A stretch of 50,656 nt of DNA, filler included, from Sphacelaria rigidula (taxonomy: Eukaryota): assembly GCA_964200075.2 (NCBI GenBank). It is 3 parts of 3 records of this genome, joined end to end, with 100 filler letters (N's around TTAATTAATTAA, not from the genome) between each part and the next. Parts side by side here need not be neighbours in the genome. Positions count along the whole stretch, not along the records: positions 33,843 to 50,656 come from CAXNAA020001248.1; 2 more parts are not named here. One strand, given 5' to 3'. The notes under the pieces are model-generated. The model saw only the letters and a program-made list of their open reading frames with translations. It searched no databases and was not told the origin of the DNA. The number at the start of each line of letters is the position of its first letter. Positions within the stretch are counted from its first letter, which is position 1. Positions 47,720-50,656 of this stretch are shown here, piece after piece. The translations under genes were made by a program, and so were the position numbers.

Positions 47720-50656
47720 AGAGATGGCCGACATTTTTGGTGTTGTGGGTTGGTTGAGACATGTTGCAGCCTCCCCACCCACCCCCCGCAACCTCTCTCG
47801 TGGTACGTCTCCCCAGCCCCAAGCCCTCCCACTGGGCGCCCACCCTCCTGACTAGTCTCGTGTTTTGTCTGGGAGTTGTCTACGAGTTGAAGCGGTGAAG
47901 GCTTTCTCTCCCGGTATATATATATATACATTTAGATATACGTGTACACGTTTATGTGGAGTGCTTCTTTGTATCATAAGTTTGTGTCTTTAATATGTTT
48001 TCATGAGACGGTTGGGTTGGACTTGCTGGCTGCCTCAGTGAGTAGTGGTTCCCTTCAGGCCTACGTCAGTTTTCGTGCTCCTGCTGTGCAGTGCGGTGAT
48101 TGAGGTTTGTGGTAACGCAGTGGTGGTGAGGGTTTTTGCTTGTGATTTGATGTTACCGTGTGAATGTTCTCGATGTCATCAACTTATTTCAGTGGTCGGA
48201 AGCGTTGTTGTGTGGGCGCCTCAATCGTGGTGCCCCGCCCTGGGGTGTAGGTGTTTTGTTGCATGTCTTGTTTGGTACTGTAATTTACAACCTGACACCG
48301 CCTGGCAGTAGCTCCTTCACACCCAGTTTATTGAGAGAGGGAGATGGAGGACCCATCTGTAGTGCCCCAGAATCGCCCTCTTTATCAGACAGGTTTGGGC
48401 GAAGGTGTTTCCCATGGACACCCCCCGGTGAAGGTGCAGCAGCGCCGTAGTCTTCGATAATGTGATCGTCGGCAGGTGTCGTACGGTGTGAAGTACGATA
48501 CAGCTTTTGGGGTGACATAAGGTGATAAGGTGATATCGTCCGAATTATTCGGGGCCACAGAGGTGCGGCGTTGGAAGCACCACACTACTACGTTGGTCAC
48601 ACGTCGCCATTTGGATGTGGGAGGAGGGTCATGATCGATTGTTGTGGGGGTGCTTCTCTTGAACGAGGAGCTTTTTGTTCTAAAGGGCATGGGAGGCAGG
48701 AAAAAGACTGCTCGCTAAGACTTTATCGCGCAGAGTCTTGGTGCACCGTGTGGGTGCATGCAGCCCATGTACTGTAGTACGATAAAGCATGCCATCGGAC
48801 GGCAATGGCGTGTGATTGAAATCAGGTCCGGATGATGAATTTGTATTACTGCCACAAAAGTTTGGACAGCAGCCACATGCACATGAGCCATACAGTACGT
48901 GAGAACGTGTAATGGTGACTGCGATATGTAGATAATAAGAAGATGGTATTTTTGGCTTATTAATTAGACTGTTTTTTCTCCATGTGATATCGTTTTTTTT
49001 TCCTTCTGTTTTGGTACGCCATGCATGCTATATCTACCACGTATTCCCAAGTGCGCCTTGCAGCCGCGCTTTAAAGTTTTTGAATTGTATGTGTTGCTTT
49101 TGAAGTGCAGGCGTAGCAGTGTTCCGAACGTGCTGCTTGTCGATTTGCGTTCGATTGTTCTGTCCAAGGTCTTGCACTACTTCACTATTAATGAATGTCT
49201 GCAAACCGGTCGGTAACGAGAGACATGAGCGTCTGTGCAGAGGGTATATGGTGCTGGTTGCATGAAACGAATGCATTGCGAGCGCCTCACACCTATATCG
49301 AAAAGTGTGGGTCCTCTACACTGAAGGCGCAGCAGAGGGCCCATGGGCTGCATTGGGCCCCCTTTCCTGAAACAAATTTGAACAGTTCCGTGAGTTTTTC
49401 GTAGGAGAGGGGTGATACATATATATCGATCCCATCGACAGAATGAAATGAAGTTGTGAAACCATCTCTAGCTTGCCTTACCGAGAGAATAATCACCACG
49501 CCCTCAAAAAAAGGATATGTTGGGCGTACCTCATACACGTCGTGCCATTTTTGAAACCCAAAGTGTGTATCATCCCATTGATTTTACCAACCGAAAGCAG
49601 CGATGACGCACTGATTTGAAAATTTAATTACGTAAAGTACACGTGATGGGCTAATTTCACGCCCTCAATAATCGTCGTCTACAGAGGCTAGTTTATTCGT
49701 GAGCTCTGACAAAAGGTTGAGTCTCTTCAGCGAAAATAGAAAGATGGCCTGTCGTCTTAGTGACATGGGTCCCCCCTTGATCGACTGATAGTAAGAAAAA
49801 ATGATGATTCACACTGCGAGCCTCGCGTCACTCGGAGCATGTGTCCAGGCAAAATGATTCCGGGCGCTCCCCCATGTACTCTGAGCAACTATTGCATCTT
49901 GCACCATGAGTAAATCGATTAAGTTTTCAGATGACAGGCAACAGGATAAAAGCCAAACCTGCCGCAGATAAGAAATTCTACTTTTCAAATCGGTTGTTAT
50001 CTCGAGCAATTCCAGATTCGGCATTGAATTTCTGTTACAGAAAAACAAGCAGAACATTTTAAAAACTGCCCAAAACGTGAACCCATTATATGGAGTACAG
50101 GGTAGTACACTGAACACAACACAGTCCTGCAGTGTTTGCAGTGTTACTTTAAAGAACCTGCTGTACACAGATACCGCACAGCAGACAGCAGACGAATTGT
50201 AGTACCACGATGGTGTATCATCCAATCCCGCGAGGGAGCTACCGTACCGCTCATCATACGATCCCGCAACACTCAAGGCAGAGCAGCAAGCAGGGAGATA
50301 AGTCGAGGTGAAATTAATTGGCCCAGCGTTTGAAAACCGCCTCTCTGCCAAAATCGAGCCCATCCGAAATCAGGGGAAGAACTATCGCATGGGACATGTC
50401 CTATATCACTGTGCCGCAGCACGAACACACTCATGCGCTGTCTCTTGCGCTGTAGCTGTCGCTGCGCTGTGGTGTCTCCAGGCCGTTTCGAAGACAGCTT
50501 GGTCTCCGCCGGGACTGACTGCCTGAGTTGCTTTACTTCTGTCATGTCGTTCGCTTCGAAAAATAATGCTGTCGGCACGCAGCGTGCTAACAGCGAATCA
50601 TCTATGTTGAGGATGGTACTTTTTGTTGAGGATGAAACACAGTCGGAAAAACTTCG

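Overview
Eukaryotic, intron-rich genomic DNA. Long introns, poly-G/C runs, microsatellites and many MITE-like repeats resemble a brown alga or other stramenopile (inference). The window is three contigs joined by 100-nt N spacers containing TTAATTAATTAA (16825-16924, 33743-33842). I assembled three + strand genes by hand from splice sites and reading phase: (1) a TM9SF/EMP70 nonaspanin, 11 exons, 5373-16102, one GC-AG intron, first and last exons not found; (2) the 3' part of a TCP11-domain gene, 4 exons, 17304-23632; (3) an OTUD5/OTLD1-like OTU deubiquitinase with UIM-like and UBA-like motifs, 7 exons, 42536-47719, 5' end not found. The most notable unexplained feature is a 135-bp sequence present twice (1 mismatch) in one TM9SF intron. 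Its core has box C/D snoRNA architecture and a segment complementary to the U6 snRNA ACAGAGA region. The rest is mostly non-autonomous TIR elements (one nested), foldback hairpins, minisatellites, possible LTR relics and an interstitial TTAGGG tract. Most ORFs in the supplied track look spurious. No database searches were run; family assignments rest on remembered motifs.
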